A DNA stretch of 64,000 nt from Anaeramoeba ignava BMAN (taxonomy: Eukaryota > Protista > Anaeramoebae), in assembly GCA_028826165.1 (NCBI GenBank), contig JAPDFW010000106.1:124001-188000 (forward strand), given 5' to 3'. Shown one piece after another: positions 36,236-50,200 of the stretch. Each line of letters opens with the position of its first letter. Position 1 is the first letter of the stretch. The notes below the pieces were generated by a model, which did not search any database, had not been told where the DNA came from, and saw nothing but the letters and a program-made list of their open reading frames with translations. Made by a program: the position numbers and the translations under genes.

Positions 36236-39200
36236 TTAAAAAGAAATCCTTTTTTTTTTGCTTATTTTTCTAATCTTTCAAGTGTCCAATTTCCTTTTTC
36301 TTGAATATCTTTATTATTTGGGAAATTATTCATTGCTTTTTTAATTAATTCATTTCCATTTAATTTTTTAATTTCTTCTTGATTTTCTTTTTATTTTTTT
36401 GTTATAAATTTGAAAAAATTAAATTAATAAATTTTAATTTAATTTTCATTTTTTAAATTGATAAAAATATTTTACCATCATTATTAAAAGAAATATTATT
36501 TAAAGCCCAAATTCCATGTTTTTGAATATCTTGATTATTTGGGAAATTATTCATTGATTTAATTATTACTGAAATTCCATCTTTTTTTCCAATTTCAATT
36601 TTATTTTCTTTTTATTTATTTTTGATTTGGATTTTAAATTAATAAATTAATAAATTATTTAATTATTCCAAAAAAGGTTTTTAAATTAATAAAAATATTT
36701 TACCATTATTATTAAAAGAAATGTTTTTTAAAGCCCAACATCCTTGTTTTTGGATATCTTCATTATTTGGGAAATTATTCATTGATTTAATTATTGTTGA
36801 TATTCCTTCTTTTTTTCCAATTTCAATTCGATTTTCTTTTTATTTATTTTGATTTGGATTTTAAATAAATTATTTAATTATTTAATTATTTATTCCAAAA
36901 AAAAGGTTTTTAAATTGATAAAAATATTTTACCATCATTAAAAGAAATATTTTTTAAAGCCCAACATCCATTTTTTTGAATATCTTGATTATTTGGGAAA
37001 TTATTCATTGATTTAATTATTGTTGAAATTCCATCTTTTTTTCTAATTTCAATTTCATTTTCTTTTTATTTATTTTTGATTTGGATTTTAAATTAATAAA
37101 TTAATAAATTATTTAATTATTCCAAAAAAGGTTTTTAAATTGATAAAATTATTTTACCATCATTTACAGAAATATTAATAAAAGCTTGACAAGAATAATT
37201 TTGAATATCTTGATTATTTGGGAAATTATTCATTGATTTAATTATTGTTGATATTCCTTCTTTTTTTCCAATTTCAATTTGATTTTCTTTTTATTTATTT
37301 TGATTTGGATTTTAAATAAATTATTTAATTATTTAATTATTCCTTCCAAAAAAAAGGTTTTTAAATTAATAAAAATATTTTACCATCATTATTAAAAGAA
37401 ATATTATTTAAAGCCCAAATTCCATATTTTTGAATATCTTCATTATTTGGGAAATTATTCATTGATTTAATTATTGTTGAAATTCCTTCTTTTTTTCTAA
37501 TTTCAATTTGATTTTCTTTTTATTTATTTTTGATTTGGATTTTAAATTAATAAATTAATAAATTATTTAATTATTCCAAAAAAAAGTTTTTAAATTGATA
37601 AAAATATTTTACCATCATTATTTGCAGAAATATTAATAAAAGCTTGACAAGAATAATTTTGAATATCTTGATTATTTGGGAAATTATTCATTGATTTAAT
37701 TATTGTTGAAATTCCATCTTTTTTTCCAATTTCAATTCGATTTTCTTTTTATTTATTTTTGATTTGGATTTTAAATTAATAAATTATTTAATTATTCCTT
37801 CCAAAAAAAAGGTTTTTAAATTAATAAAATAGTTTTTACCATGATCTCCAACAGAAAAATTATGTAAAATAAAACATCCATTTTGTTGAATTTTTTCATT
37901 TAATTGAAATTCTTTCATCCATTGAATTGTTTTTTCAATATTAATATCTTCTTCAATTTTAATTTCTTTTTTTTAAATTTAATTTTAATTTTAATTATAA
38001 TTTTAATTTAGGAAATAAATTACCAGAAATTTTTCCTTCTTTTTGTTCTCGAAAATTTTGTAAATTAATTTGTATTTTTCTTTCTTCTTTTATTCTAACT
38101 TTGTTTTCTCTTTTTTCTAATTCAATTTTATTTTGATTTAAATCATTTTCTTTTTCTTCCAATTTTTGTTGTTTTTGATTCATTTCATTTTCTTTTTGTA
38201 AATTTTCATTTTTCTTTTGATTTAATTTTTGTTTTTTTTGATTTAAATGATTTTCTTTTTCTTGTATTTTTTGTTCTCTTTTTTCTAATTGAGTTTTATT
38301 TTGATTTACTTGATTTTCTTTTTCTTCCAATTTTTGTTGTTTTTGATTCATTTCATTTTCTTTTTGTAAATTTTCATTTTTCTTTTGATTTAATTTTTGT
38401 TGTTTTTGATTTAAATGATTTTCTTTTTCTTGTATTTTTTGTTCTCTTTTTTCTAATTGAGTTTTATTTTGATTTAAATGATTTTCTTTTTGTGTTAAAT
38501 TTTTTGCAATTGATTTTAATGTTTCCACTTTTTCATCTAATAAATCAACAAAAAAATTAGATGGAAATAATTGAAATAATTGTGTTTTTTCAATTTTTTG
38601 AATTTCTTCTTTTGTAATTTGTTTCTTTTCTTGAATTTTAATTAAAATTTCATAAATAGTTTTTTTAATTGAATTTGATTTTAAATTTGAATTTAAATTT
38701 GATTCTTCTTGAAAAGATTGATTAAAATTGAGTTTATTATTTTTCATCCATTCAATAATGATTTCTTGAATTAAATTTGTTTGATCTCTTCCAAAATTTG
38801 AAATTAAAAAATCAATAATATTTAAGAATTCATTTGTTTTTAATTTTGAAATTTCTTTTTTTTGAAGAAGATTATTGTAATTTTTAAGAACAAATTTTTG
38901 ACAAATTTCTAAAAGAAAATTTGAATGAATTTCTTTTGATTTTGAAAATATTTCAAATATATTATTTTGATTAATAATTGGTTCAATTTCTTTTTCAATT
39001 TTAATTTTTAATTTTTCTAATCTAATTATATCAGCAAATTTAAAATATTTTTCGAATTCTTGATGATTAATATTGATTTCACCTTCATAAATATATTTGA
39101 TTATTGGTTCAACAATTTCAAAATCGAATTCTTTAAAATAAATTTGATTTTCTCCTTTTTCTTTTGTAAATAAATCAAAAAATGAACTTCTTGTATTTAA

Positions 39201-39512
39201 AATGATTTTGTGGCATTTTATTGAGTTTTCTTTCTTATTTTCTTTCTTGTTTTCTTTTTCATTTTCTTTCTTATTTTCTTTCTTCTTTTCTTTCTCATTT
39301 TCTTTCTCATTTTCTTTCTTGTTTTGTTTCTTCTTTTCTTTACAATAAATTGTAAAATCTGTAAATTGTTTTTGAGTTTGATAAATTTTTGAAAAATTAA
39401 GTGATTGTTCTTTAAGTAAAATATTATTAATTTCTTTGATTGATAATTTGTATAATTCTTTTAAGTTTTCTGTGTTATTGTTATTATTATTATTATTATT
39501 ATTGTTATTCAT
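36236..39512 (-). CDS. BTB/BACK + coiled-coil + ARM-repeat protein; each ARM repeat on its own exon
   Basis: FTDFTIYC..CHKIILNTRSSFF is BTB, followed by a duplicated 42-aa coiled-coil unit. About 8 short exons follow, e.g. 37744-37613 ENRIEIGKKDGISTIIKSMNNFPNNQDIQNYSCQAFINISANND, separated by near-identical phase-1 GT-AG introns. Confidence 0.8.
36290..37845. repeat. ~225-bp tandem exon+intron repeat array (~7 units)
   Basis: TTATTTGGGAAATTATTCATTG and TTTTACCAT recur every ~225 bp. Confidence 0.92.
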
Positions 39513-39607
39513 TTTGTAATTTTCTTTTTTTTTTTTAAAAGAAAAAAAATGAAAAAAAAAAGGAAAATTAGAAAAAAAGGAAAAAAAAGGAAAAAAAAGG
39601 AAAAAAA

Positions 39608-40710
39608 TTTAAAAATATAATTTAATATTTAATTTAATGTTTAAAATAATAATTTAATGTTTTAGATTTAAATATTCTATTATTTAAATATTTAACATAT
39701 AAATATAAAAAATAAGAATAGATTTAATTTAATATTTAATTTATAAATCAATTTAAAAATATAATTTAATATTTAATTTTATGTTTAAAATAATAATTTA
39801 ATGTTTTAGATTTAAATATTTTATTATTTAAATATTTAACATAAAAATATAAAAATAAGAATAGATTTAATTTAATATTCAATTAATAAATTAATTTAAA
39901 ATTATAATTTAATATTTAATTTTATTATTAAAATAATAATTTAATGTTTTAGATTTAAATATTTTATTAATTAAAAATTGAAAATATTTTAACAAATAAA
40001 TATAAAAAATAAGAATAGATTTAATTTAATATTTAATTTATAAATTAATTTAAAAATATAATTTAATATTTAATTTTATTATTAAAATAATAATTTATTG
40101 TTTTAAATTTAAATATTTTATTATTTAAATATTTAACATATAAATATAAAAATAAGAATAAGTTTAATTTAATATTTAATTTATAAATCAATTTAAAAAA
40201 ATATAATTTAATATTTAATTTCATGTTTAAAATAATAATTTATTGTTTTAGATTTAAATATTTTATTATTTAAATATTTAACATATAAATATAAAAATGA
40301 AAATAGATTTAATTTAATATTTAATTTATAAAATAATTTAAAAATATAATTTAATACTTAATTTTATGTTTAAAATAATAATTTAATGTTTTAAATTTAA
40401 ATATTTTATTATTTAAATATTCATCATATAAATATAAAAATAAGAATATATTTAATTTAATATTTAATTTATAAATCAATTTAAAAATATACTTTTAATT
40501 AATAATTTTATGTTTAAAATGATAATTTATTGTTTTAGATTTAAATATTTTATTATTTAAAAATTTAACATATAAATATAAAAAATGAGAATAGATTTAA
40601 TTTATAAATTAATTTATAAATTAATTTAAAAATATAATTTAATATTTAATTTCATGTTTAAAATAATAATTTAATGTTTTAGATTTAATTATTTTATTAT
40701 TTAAAAATTG
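39608..40710. repeat. ~145-bp AT-rich satellite, ~7.5 copies, between divergent genes
   Basis: The anchor GAATAGATTTAA or a close variant occurs at ~39716, 39859, 40013, 40157, 40300, 40444 and 40588. Confidence 0.88.
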
Positions 40711-40888
40711 ATTTTTTTGAAATTAAAATTTTATCTTTTTTTTTGAATTAAATTGAATTAGTATTAATTTGGAAATTTGTTTTTAAAATTTAAATTTGTT
40801 AATAATTTTTAAATTCCAAATAATTAAAATAATTTTCCATTTTTTTTTCCTTTTTCATTTTTTTTTTGCTTTTTTTTTTTGTTTTTGA

Positions 40889-43190
40889 ATGTCTGGTCTT
40901 GATATTGAAGGATTTTCTATTTCAACATCACAATCTGAACAAGAAACACAAAAAGAAATTCAAAATCAAAATGAAAATGAAAATGATTTAACAGGTAAAT
41001 TTAATTAAAATTAATTAAAATAAATAAAATAAAATAATAATAAAATAATAATAAAATAATCAATTGAAGACACAAGTTTTAATGAAGATGATATTCATTT
41101 ACTTGAAGATAATCCAATTTTACCACAAAAAAATAAAAGAAATTTTGCAGTTAGTGAAATTCTTGATACTGAAAGATCTTATGTTGATTTTTTAACTATT
41201 ATTGTTGAGGTTGATTTAATTAAAAAATTAAAATAAATTTAAAATATAAAAAAATTAATTTAATTTAATTTAATTTAAAAGGAAATAAAACCAGATTTCG
41301 AAAAATTTATGAAGGAAAATAAAATAACAGAAATAGATACTCGTATTATTTTTGCAGATATTTTACCAATCTTTCAAGTTTGTGGAAATTATTGTTTTTA
41401 AAAAAAAAAAGAAAAATCCAAAAATAAATTTAAATTAAATATTTTTTTAAAAAATATAAATTAATAATAAAAACAAAAAGGTAAATAAATCACTTTTTGA
41501 ACATCTTGAAAAATCATTTGAACGTGAAAAAGAAGATTGTCAAATTGGAGAAATTTTTTGTCATTTTGTAAGTTTTTTTTTTAATAATTATATTTATTTT
41601 TATTTATATTTTTATATTTATTTTTAAAGATTCCTTTTTTAAAGATTTACAAAAATTATATTGAAAATTATACAACTATTGAAAACCTAATTAAAGGATT
41701 CAAGAAAAAAGAACAATTTTCTACATGGTTACAAGTAAAAAAATTAATAAAATTTAAATTTAAAATTTTTAAAATTAATAAAATTTTCAAAAGTCAATTC
41801 CTCATAAATATACATTAGATTTAAGTAGTTTGCTTATTATGCCTGTTCAAAGATTACCTCGTTATAAACTTTTACTTGAAGTATTATTATAAAAAGAAAA
41901 TTTGATTAATTATTAATTATTAATTATTAATTATTAATTATTAGGAAGTTCTCAAAAAAACAGATAAAAATCATTTTGATTATGATAAATTAATTGAAGC
42001 ATTTGAAAAAATATCACTTGTTAATGAAGAAATTAATCATTCAATAACAAAAAAAGAACAAATGCAAAAAATTATTAAAATTCAAAAAAAATTTAATAAT
42101 TCACAACTTGTAAAATTTTTTAGAAAGAAAAAAAATTTATTTAAATTATGTTTTGTCTTGTTAAAATCAACTCTCTTTTTTTTACAAAATGATTATTTTA
42201 ATAGAATCTTGTTGAACCTCATCGAATATTTCTTCAAAAAGGAAATTTTTTGATAATTTCTCATAAAGAGGAATTAAAACGATATTATTTTATTTTTAAT
42301 GATCTTCTTGTTATTGCATCAAGAAATTTCAAAATTTATCAATCTGAACATTCTTTTCCTTTTAGTTCAATTAAACTTAAAGATTCTGATTCTTATGGTT
42401 TGATTTTTTTTTAAAAAACAAAAACAAAAATTTAGAAAAATGAATTAATGAATGAATTAATGAATTAAACAAATTTTTTTTAGAAAATCCAACTTCCTTT
42501 GAAATTTTAGGTCCAAAAACTTCAGTAATTGCAAAAGCAAATTCAATTCAAGAAAAAGATAGTTTTTTGGATACTGTTAGAAAAGCTGCTCGTGAATATT
42601 GGGAAGGACAAAAAAGTTTTAAGAGAATAAATCAAGAGAAAAGTAAATTAGCACCAATTTGGATTCCTGATAAAGATAAACTTTATTGTCAAATATGTGA
42701 TATTTATTTTACAACATTTGTGAGAAAAGTAAAATTCAAAAATTTTTTTCCAAAAACATGAAATTTAAAAATTTTTCCAAAAACATGAAATTTATAAAAA
42801 AAAAAGCATCATTGTAGAGTTTGTGGAGATATTATTTGTAATTCTTGTTCCAAAACAAGACTTATTATTCAAGAAATTAATTCTAAACCAGTTCGAGTTT
42901 GTGATAATTGTGCAGCTAAATTTAATACTGAAAAAAAAGTGAAATTTACAGAAACAGATTCACTTCTTCAACCTCAAAAAAAGAAATCAGTGAAAAATTT
43001 GAAACAAACATTTTCATTATTTGATATGTCTTGGGTAATTGTGAAAAATCCTAAAGTTCAAACAAAGGTTCAAATACAAAAAATGACTAGAACTATTTCT
43101 GAAAGTTTAGCAATTACTAAAGGTCTTTCTGAAAAAAGAGTTAAAAGAACTCCTTTAGATCTTGATTTTTGGGTTGATTTTCGATTTTAA
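40889..43190 (+). CDS. DH(RhoGEF)-PH-FYVE protein, FGD/frabin-like (~10 exons)
   Basis: EILDTERSYV and LLIMPVQRLPRYKLLLEEV (DH); RYYFIFNDLLV (PH); WIPD..CQIC..FTTFVRK|HHCRVCGDIICNSC..VRVCDNC (FYVE). Confidence 0.9.
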
Positions 43191-43762
43191 TTTTTTTCTT
43201 CTTCTTCTTTTAATTATTACTTTCTTTGAATTAAGGAAGATTATTTTAATTAAAAAAATTTAATTTTAATTTTAATTTTAATTTTATTTCTAATTATGAT
43301 TTTAATTTTAATTTTAATTTTAATTTTAATTTTAATTTTAATTTTAATTTTATTTCTAATTTTAATTTTGATTTTAATTTTAATTTTAATTTTAATAATA
43401 ATTTTAATTTTGATTTTGATTTTAATTTTAATTTTAATTTTAATTTTAATTTTAATTTTAATTTTAATTTTAATTTTAATTTTAATTTTGATTTTAATTT
43501 TAATTTTAATTTTAATTTTAATTTTAAATTTTTTAATTTTAATTTTAATTTTAATTTTAATTTTAATTTTAATTTTAATTTTAATTTTAATTTTAATTTT
43601 TAATTTTAATTTTAATTTTAATTTTAATTTTAATTTTAATTTTAATTTTAATTTTAATTTTAATTTTAATTTTAATTTTAATTTTAATTTTAATTTTTTT
43701 TATGATTTTAATTTTAATTTTAATTTTAATTTTAATTTTAGTTTTAATTTTAGTTTTATAAA

Positions 43763-43792
43763 TTAATTTTGATTTGTATTTTGATTTGTATT

Positions 43793-43832
<40 letters not shown>

Positions 43833-44704
43833 AAATAATTTCTAATAAAAGCTCTAGATCTTAAATCTGATTGTCTAATTGGTTCAGGAACACGAAATTT
43901 ACAACAACTCAAAACAATATCAATAGAAGAATCCAAATCAATATTATGACCAATAGAAACAAAAATAGGTTGAGTAATTTTAGGATTTGATTGAACAGCA
44001 GCGCCATGAATAGTTCCAGAATTTCCAACCAATTTTAAAAACTTTAAATTATTTTTAATTAAATTTTCAAATTGAGGTTTAACTTGTGATTTTTTCAATC
44101 CATCCATTTCAAATAATTTTTTTCCAACTCCAATTGTGGAAATATTCAATCCATTATTATCCAAAAGAACTCCCAAATGGGAAGCAAGGCCGAAGCCTCT
44201 TGGATGAAGAATTCCGTTGCCATCAACAAGAATAACTTCGGGAATATTTTTTGGATCGTTTTGTGAAAATTCATATATTAAATTATAAAGTGGTTCTGCC
44301 TCTCGAAATGCTAAAAATCCTGGAATATATGGTTGATCTAATGTTATCCATTGGTTTTTTTCATAAATTATTGTGTCTAATTCTGGATAATTTAAAACTA
44401 TAAAACTTGCAACTGCGTCTTTGTCATTTCCTTTAATAAAACTTATATCAACTCCTCCAATTCGTTTTATTTTTGATTTATCAATTTTTTGTGTTGTATT
44501 AAGTTTTTTTTTCAATTCTATTTGTTCTCTTTTTTAAAATGAAATTTTATTATTGAAATTTTTAATTTGATTTTTAATTAAAATTTTTATTTGAATTTTT
44601 TTATTTGATTTTTTATTTGAATTTTTTAATTGAATTTTTAATTTGAATTCTTAATTTTACTTTTTCCATTTGTTTTTTGATAATTCAATGTTTTGTTTTG
44701 ACAT
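43763..44704 (-). CDS. ENDOV: Endonuclease V (one intron near the 5' end)
   Basis: GGVDISF, PYIPGFLAFRE, LVDGNGILHPRGFGLASHLG, IGVGK, FVSIGH and RVPEPIRQSD. Confidence 0.95.
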
Positions 44705-44801
44705 TTTGTTTTTTTTTTAAAAATAAAAATGAAAATATTTTTTTTCATTTTTTTCATTTTTTTCATTTTTTTCATTTTTTTCTTTTTTTTATTTTTAAAA
44801 A
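44705..44801. promoter_or_regulatory. Compact bidirectional promoter region between EndoV and the GRAM gene with TTCATT motifs on both strands
   Basis: Only 97 bp separate the two ATGs. AATGAAAA lies at ~44728 (minus-strand TTCATT) and TTTCATTT occurs four times at 44743-44777 (plus strand). Confidence 0.55.
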
Positions 44802-47160
44802 ATGAATGATGCTGCAATAAGAAAAAAATTTGGATTACCAAAAACAGAAAAAAAAATAGAAGATTATTCATGTGCATTAAATAGGAAGATTCTTTTGCAT
44901 GGAAGAATATATTTGACTACAAATTATATATGTTTTTATTCAAATGTATTTGGACATACAACTCAAGTTGTAATTCCAATTAAAGATATTGTTTCAATTA
45001 AGAAAAAACACTTAATCAAAATGCTTCCTAATTCAATTAAAATTACTACAAAATCTGAAAGTTTTTTTTTCACTTCTTTTTTATATCGTGATCGTGCTTA
45101 TAAAAATCTTGCTATGATTTTTTCTGCTTCAAAACATTTGCAAAATCAAGAAAATTTTTCTTTTAATTCTTTACTTGAAAGTTCAACTGAAAGTTCAATT
45201 CAAAATTTAAATCAAAATTTACTTGGAAATTTAATTCAAAATTCAAATGAAAATCTAATTCAAAAATCAAATTCAAATCAAAATCTAATTCAAAATTCAA
45301 ATTCAAATCAAAATCTAAATTCAAATCAAAATTCAAATTCAAATCAAAATCTAAATTCAAATCAAAATTCAAATTCAAATCAAATTTTAAATTCAAATCA
45401 AAATCAAAATTTAAATTCAAATCAAAATCTAAATTCAAATCAAAATCAAAATCAAAATCAAAATCAAAATCAAAATCAAAATCAAAATCAAAATCAAAAT
45501 CAAAATCAAAATCAAAATCAAAATCAAAATCAAAATTTAATTCAAAATGAAAAAAATATTGAACAAAATGTTGATATGAAAAAATTGGAAAGAACTTTAT
45601 CTACTAGACAACATATTTTTATTAAAAGTACAAAATCAATGACAAGAATTAGTCCTAGTTTAGTTACAATGAGTGGAGATTTAGAAAGATTTGTAAAAAG
45701 AATAATTTTAATTTAAAAATAATTTCAATTCAAAAAAAAAATAATTTTAATTTAAAAATAATTTTTAGACAGAAAAATCAATTTGGAAAAAATCATTTTA
45801 TGTTCTTGAAGGAATAAATCTTTTACATTTTGATAAAGAAAACCAAGAAAAACAAGGACAAATTAATCTTTTAGAAGCAGATATAAATATTGAAGGAGAT
45901 GAAACACAAAATGAAAGGAAATTTTTTATAATTAAAACAAAGGAAAAAACATTAAAATTTAGAACACAAAATCAACAAGAAATGAAAACATGGATTCAAG
46001 CAATAGAAGAATCCAAAAAGGAATTTATTCAAAACAGAAAAAACTTCAAACGAACTAAATTAACAAATCAAATAAATCTTTCAAAAGATCAAAATAAACA
46101 AGAATTGAAAGATGAAGATTTATTAGTTTTTGGAGCAGAATTTGTTGAAAATGGCAAAACAGATAGCGTTTCTGATTCAGATGAAATTAATAGCCAAAGT
46201 ATTTTTGATGAAAGTGAAGATCAAAGTGAAAGTGAAAGTGATAATCAAATGGAAAATGATTTGGAAAATTTTCAATTCCCAGAATTTGTTTCAGCTGAAT
46301 TTCAACCAATTACACTTCCAAATCCACGAGATATTTTATCACAAGAATTCGATACATCTTTAAAATTTATTTTTGAAAAAATTTATTATAAAAACGAACA
46401 ATTTTTGGAAAAATATTATGCAGAAATTGAGAATACTAACCCAAAATTTAACGAATGGGAATTAGAACCAACAAAAAAGATATTACAAAGAACAATAACA
46501 TACACAAGCCCTATCAAAGGAGGTGGGCCTTTCATATCACAAAAGACAGCACAAGTGACAGAAATACAGAAGCTTTTTTTTTATTCAGATAAAAGATTTG
46601 TAATTGAAATTTTAAATAATGTTAAAAATGCTCCTTATAGTGATAGTTTTGATGTTTATGCAATTCATGATATTCAAGAAATTGCACAAAATCGTATTTT
46701 GATTGAAATTAAAGTTGATGTGATTTTTAAAAAATCAACTCTTATAAAAAAAATCATCGAGAAAAAAGCCCTTTCAAATCATCTTCAATTTTCTCAAAAA
46801 TGGGCAAATATTGTTCAAATGGAAGTTATTAATTTCAATCAAATGATTTCTTCACAAAAACAAAATGAAATTTCTTCAAAAAAATCCAAAAAAACTTCAA
46901 ATCGTAAAAAAAATAATCGTAAAAAAATTCAAAATGATGAAAAAATTAAAAATTCTATTCAAGAAAAAATTGGTTATGATTCTGATTCTGATTCTTCTTT
47001 AAAAACTTTTTCTCTTGAAAAAGATCAACAATTAATTAAAGAAAATTTGGAAATACTTCAATCATCTTATCAAACTTTTAAAATTAGTACAATTGTTTTA
47101 TTTTCACTTCTTTTTTTAATAATAATTGAACTTATTTTTATGAATTCTTTTCATCAATAA
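44802..47160 (+). CDS. GRAM-PH-VASt-TM lipid transfer protein (Lam/GRAMD1-like); intron ~45693-45768
   Basis: YSCAL..LLHGRIYLT.NYICFYS (GRAM); a PH domain ending MKTWIQAI; NAPYSDSF (VASt); C-terminal TM. Confidence 0.85.
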
Positions 47161-47264
47161 TTAAAAAAAAAAGAAAAGAAATTTATTTTTTGTTTTTGTT
47201 TTTTTTAATTTTGAAAGCAAATCAAAATTTTGCTTTTTGTTTTGTTTTGTTTTTTTAGAATTTT

Positions 47265-50200
47265 TTAAAATTTCTTTTGAATTTCTTTAATTTGATTAAA
47301 CCAAAGTTGATGTTCTGAATTATTTTGAAATGAAATTATTGTAATTGAATTATTATGAACCTTTTGAAAATTTATTACCATTAAATTTGAGTTTTTTGGA
47401 TGTTTTGATTCAGATAATTTTATTCCTGAATGTAAACTAATCAATTCAAAAATTTCAATTTGTGATTCATTATCTAAAATTGCAATAAAATTAAGTTTTA
47501 GCATAATAATTGCAGGTTTAAATTCTTTTGATAAATGATTTTTAAAAAAACAATTAGTTTTCAAAGTATGAGGAACTGCTCCTAATTGTTTCCAAACTTG
47601 TGATAAAAATATTAATTCATTATTTTCAATTTGATTTTGATTTTGATTTTCAATTTGATTTTGATTTTGATTTTGATTTTCAATTTGATTTTGATTTTGA
47701 TTTTGATTTTGATTTTGATTTTGATTTTGATTTTGATTTTGATTTTCAATTTGATTTTGATTTTCAATTTGATTTTGATTTTCAATTTGATTTTGATTTT
47801 GATTTTGATTTTCAATTTGATTTTGATTTTTGATTAGATTTTTTTTTGATTTTCGATTTTCTTTTTTTAACTTTGGATTTTCTTTTTTCGATTTTTGATT
47901 TTGATTTTGATTTTGATTTTGATTTTGATTTTGATTTTGATTTTCAATTTGATTTTGATTTTGATTTTGATTTTGAATTTGAATTTGATTTTCTTTTGGT
48001 TTTTGATTTTGATTTTCTTTTGGTTTTTGATTTTCTTTTGGTTTTTGATTTTGATTTTCTTTTGGTTTTTGATTTTCTTTTGGTTTTTGATTTTGTTTTG
48101 GTTTTTGATTTTGATTTTGTTTTGATTTTTCAACTTGATTTTCAATCAAATTTTCAGTGTTTTCAACAGACATTTTAGTTGCAAAATGAGAAATAGTTTC
48201 AATATTTTGAGAAATATTTCTTTCTTTTCTAAGTTTGAATTGCATTTCAACTTTTCCAATAATTTCTTGATAAATTTCTGGTAATTTTTCTAAATTTTGA
48301 GCAACATTTTCTGTAATTTGTTGAAATTCTTTTGCATTTTTTTGTAATTTTTGAGTCATATCTTCCATACAAAATGTTGATGATTTTGGGAAAAAAGTTG
48401 TTTTTGGTTTTAAAAAAGAATCTGTTTTCCATTTTAATTCTTTTGCAATTTTTTTGAAATTTAAAATTTCCATTTTTTGAGAATTTTTTAAATTCATTTG
48501 CTTTTCAAATTCTTTTAGTTCTTGAATTGGCTAAAAAATATAAATATAATTTAAAATATTTAAATGAATAATTATCTAAATCAACTCTTTTTTTTTGGAA
48601 TAATTTTTTTTTTACAATTTTGACAGCTAAATTAAAACTTGTAAATTTTGGATATTTTTCTTGAATTAATTTATCAACTGGTTGCATAAATTCTTTTTCA
48701 GGACCAAATTCAATTCCATAACCCCAATGTTGAAGAGCAGATGAAAGTAATAATAAACCTTGTCTTTGAGATTCTGAATATTCAACTTTTTATATCAAAT
48801 ATTTTAATTTTGAATTTTATAAATGAATTTGAATTTTATAAATGAATTTTATAATTGAATTTTAATTTTATAAATTCTTTTGAATTGAATTTTATAAATT
48901 AATTTTATAAATTAATTTTACAATCTATTATCCCATATATTTGAGGTGATGCTATTGCTGGACATAAAAAACGAAGGAAAATAAATCCATTCAAAATACT
49001 CTTAGTTTTTTGAGGATGATTTTCATGCGCTGCCTTTTGAAGATAATAACAAATAACCTTCAAATGAGGAGGAAAATTATCAAGATTTGAAACAATTGAA
49101 TCCATAATTTTTTCAAAATATTCCAAAACATTTTTCATATTCTCTTCCTTCTCTTGATCTGAAAGATCGAGAGTATCAACCTCTAAATTCTTTCCACTTT
49201 TGAGTATTTCCTCCAAAATTGGCTTCAAATTATTGATTAAAAATTCTGATCCAAAAAATCTTGAAAATTTGGAAAGTAATTTTGAAGCAAGATTATTTGC
49301 ACGAAATAGAGTTCCTGATAAAACATTTGTGATGCATTCTCCAAAAATCATTCCTTTTAAAAATGGCAACAATAAATGAGTTTTATAAAGAATATCAAAT
49401 AGTAAATTAATAAGATAATCAGGTGAATATTCAAGTGCATTTGGATTCGAAATTGCAACACAAAGCTTGATAATATCCATTGAATCCAAACATTTACTGA
49501 GCATTTTGTTGGTTCTTCTAAGTGTTTTTTGATAATTAATAAAATCCCTTTCTTCTCTTGATAAATCATCTTTTTGAATGATTTCTTTGAAATTTTCTGA
49601 ATCTTTAATAAATTTTTCAATTTTATCAATTTTTTCCATTTCAAAAGTAGAAATCAATATTTTCTTGAGAATTTCCTCAACTGAAATTTTTTTACTTTTG
49701 GAAACAATTGATTCCACAATCTAAATTTAATTTAATCAATTAATTCAATTAAAAAAAAATATTTTTTTTGATTTTTTTTTTTTTAAATCAAACTTCTTTG
49801 GAATCTTTTTTGTAGATCATTTTGAAATATTTGATTAAAATATCTTGTAAATCATCCAATTCATAATCTTCTTTCTCAATTTTACTAAAAGTAGCAATAA
49901 TTTTCTTTTTCAAATTTTGATGTTCTTTATCTAAATTTAAATCAAAAAAAATCAATCAATTTAATTTTTTTCAACGGAAATTTCAATAAATAAATAAATA
50001 ATATTAAAACCTTCTATTCCATTGAAAAGTTTATCCTCTTCAAATTTAATAATGATTTGATTAACCAACTTTTCTTCAAACATTTTTTGATATTCAAGAA
50101 AAAATATCAAACTTGAAAGTGAATAAAATTCATCAGATTTTTTTGAAATTGAAATTTTGTTTTCTTCCAAAAATTCAACTAATTTTTGAACAAGAATATT

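Noticed and set aside
36290-37845. Regularly spaced repeats resembling a CRISPR array
   Set aside because: Units are ~225 bp with no unique spacers, there are no cas genes, and they resolve into ARM exons plus GT-AG introns.
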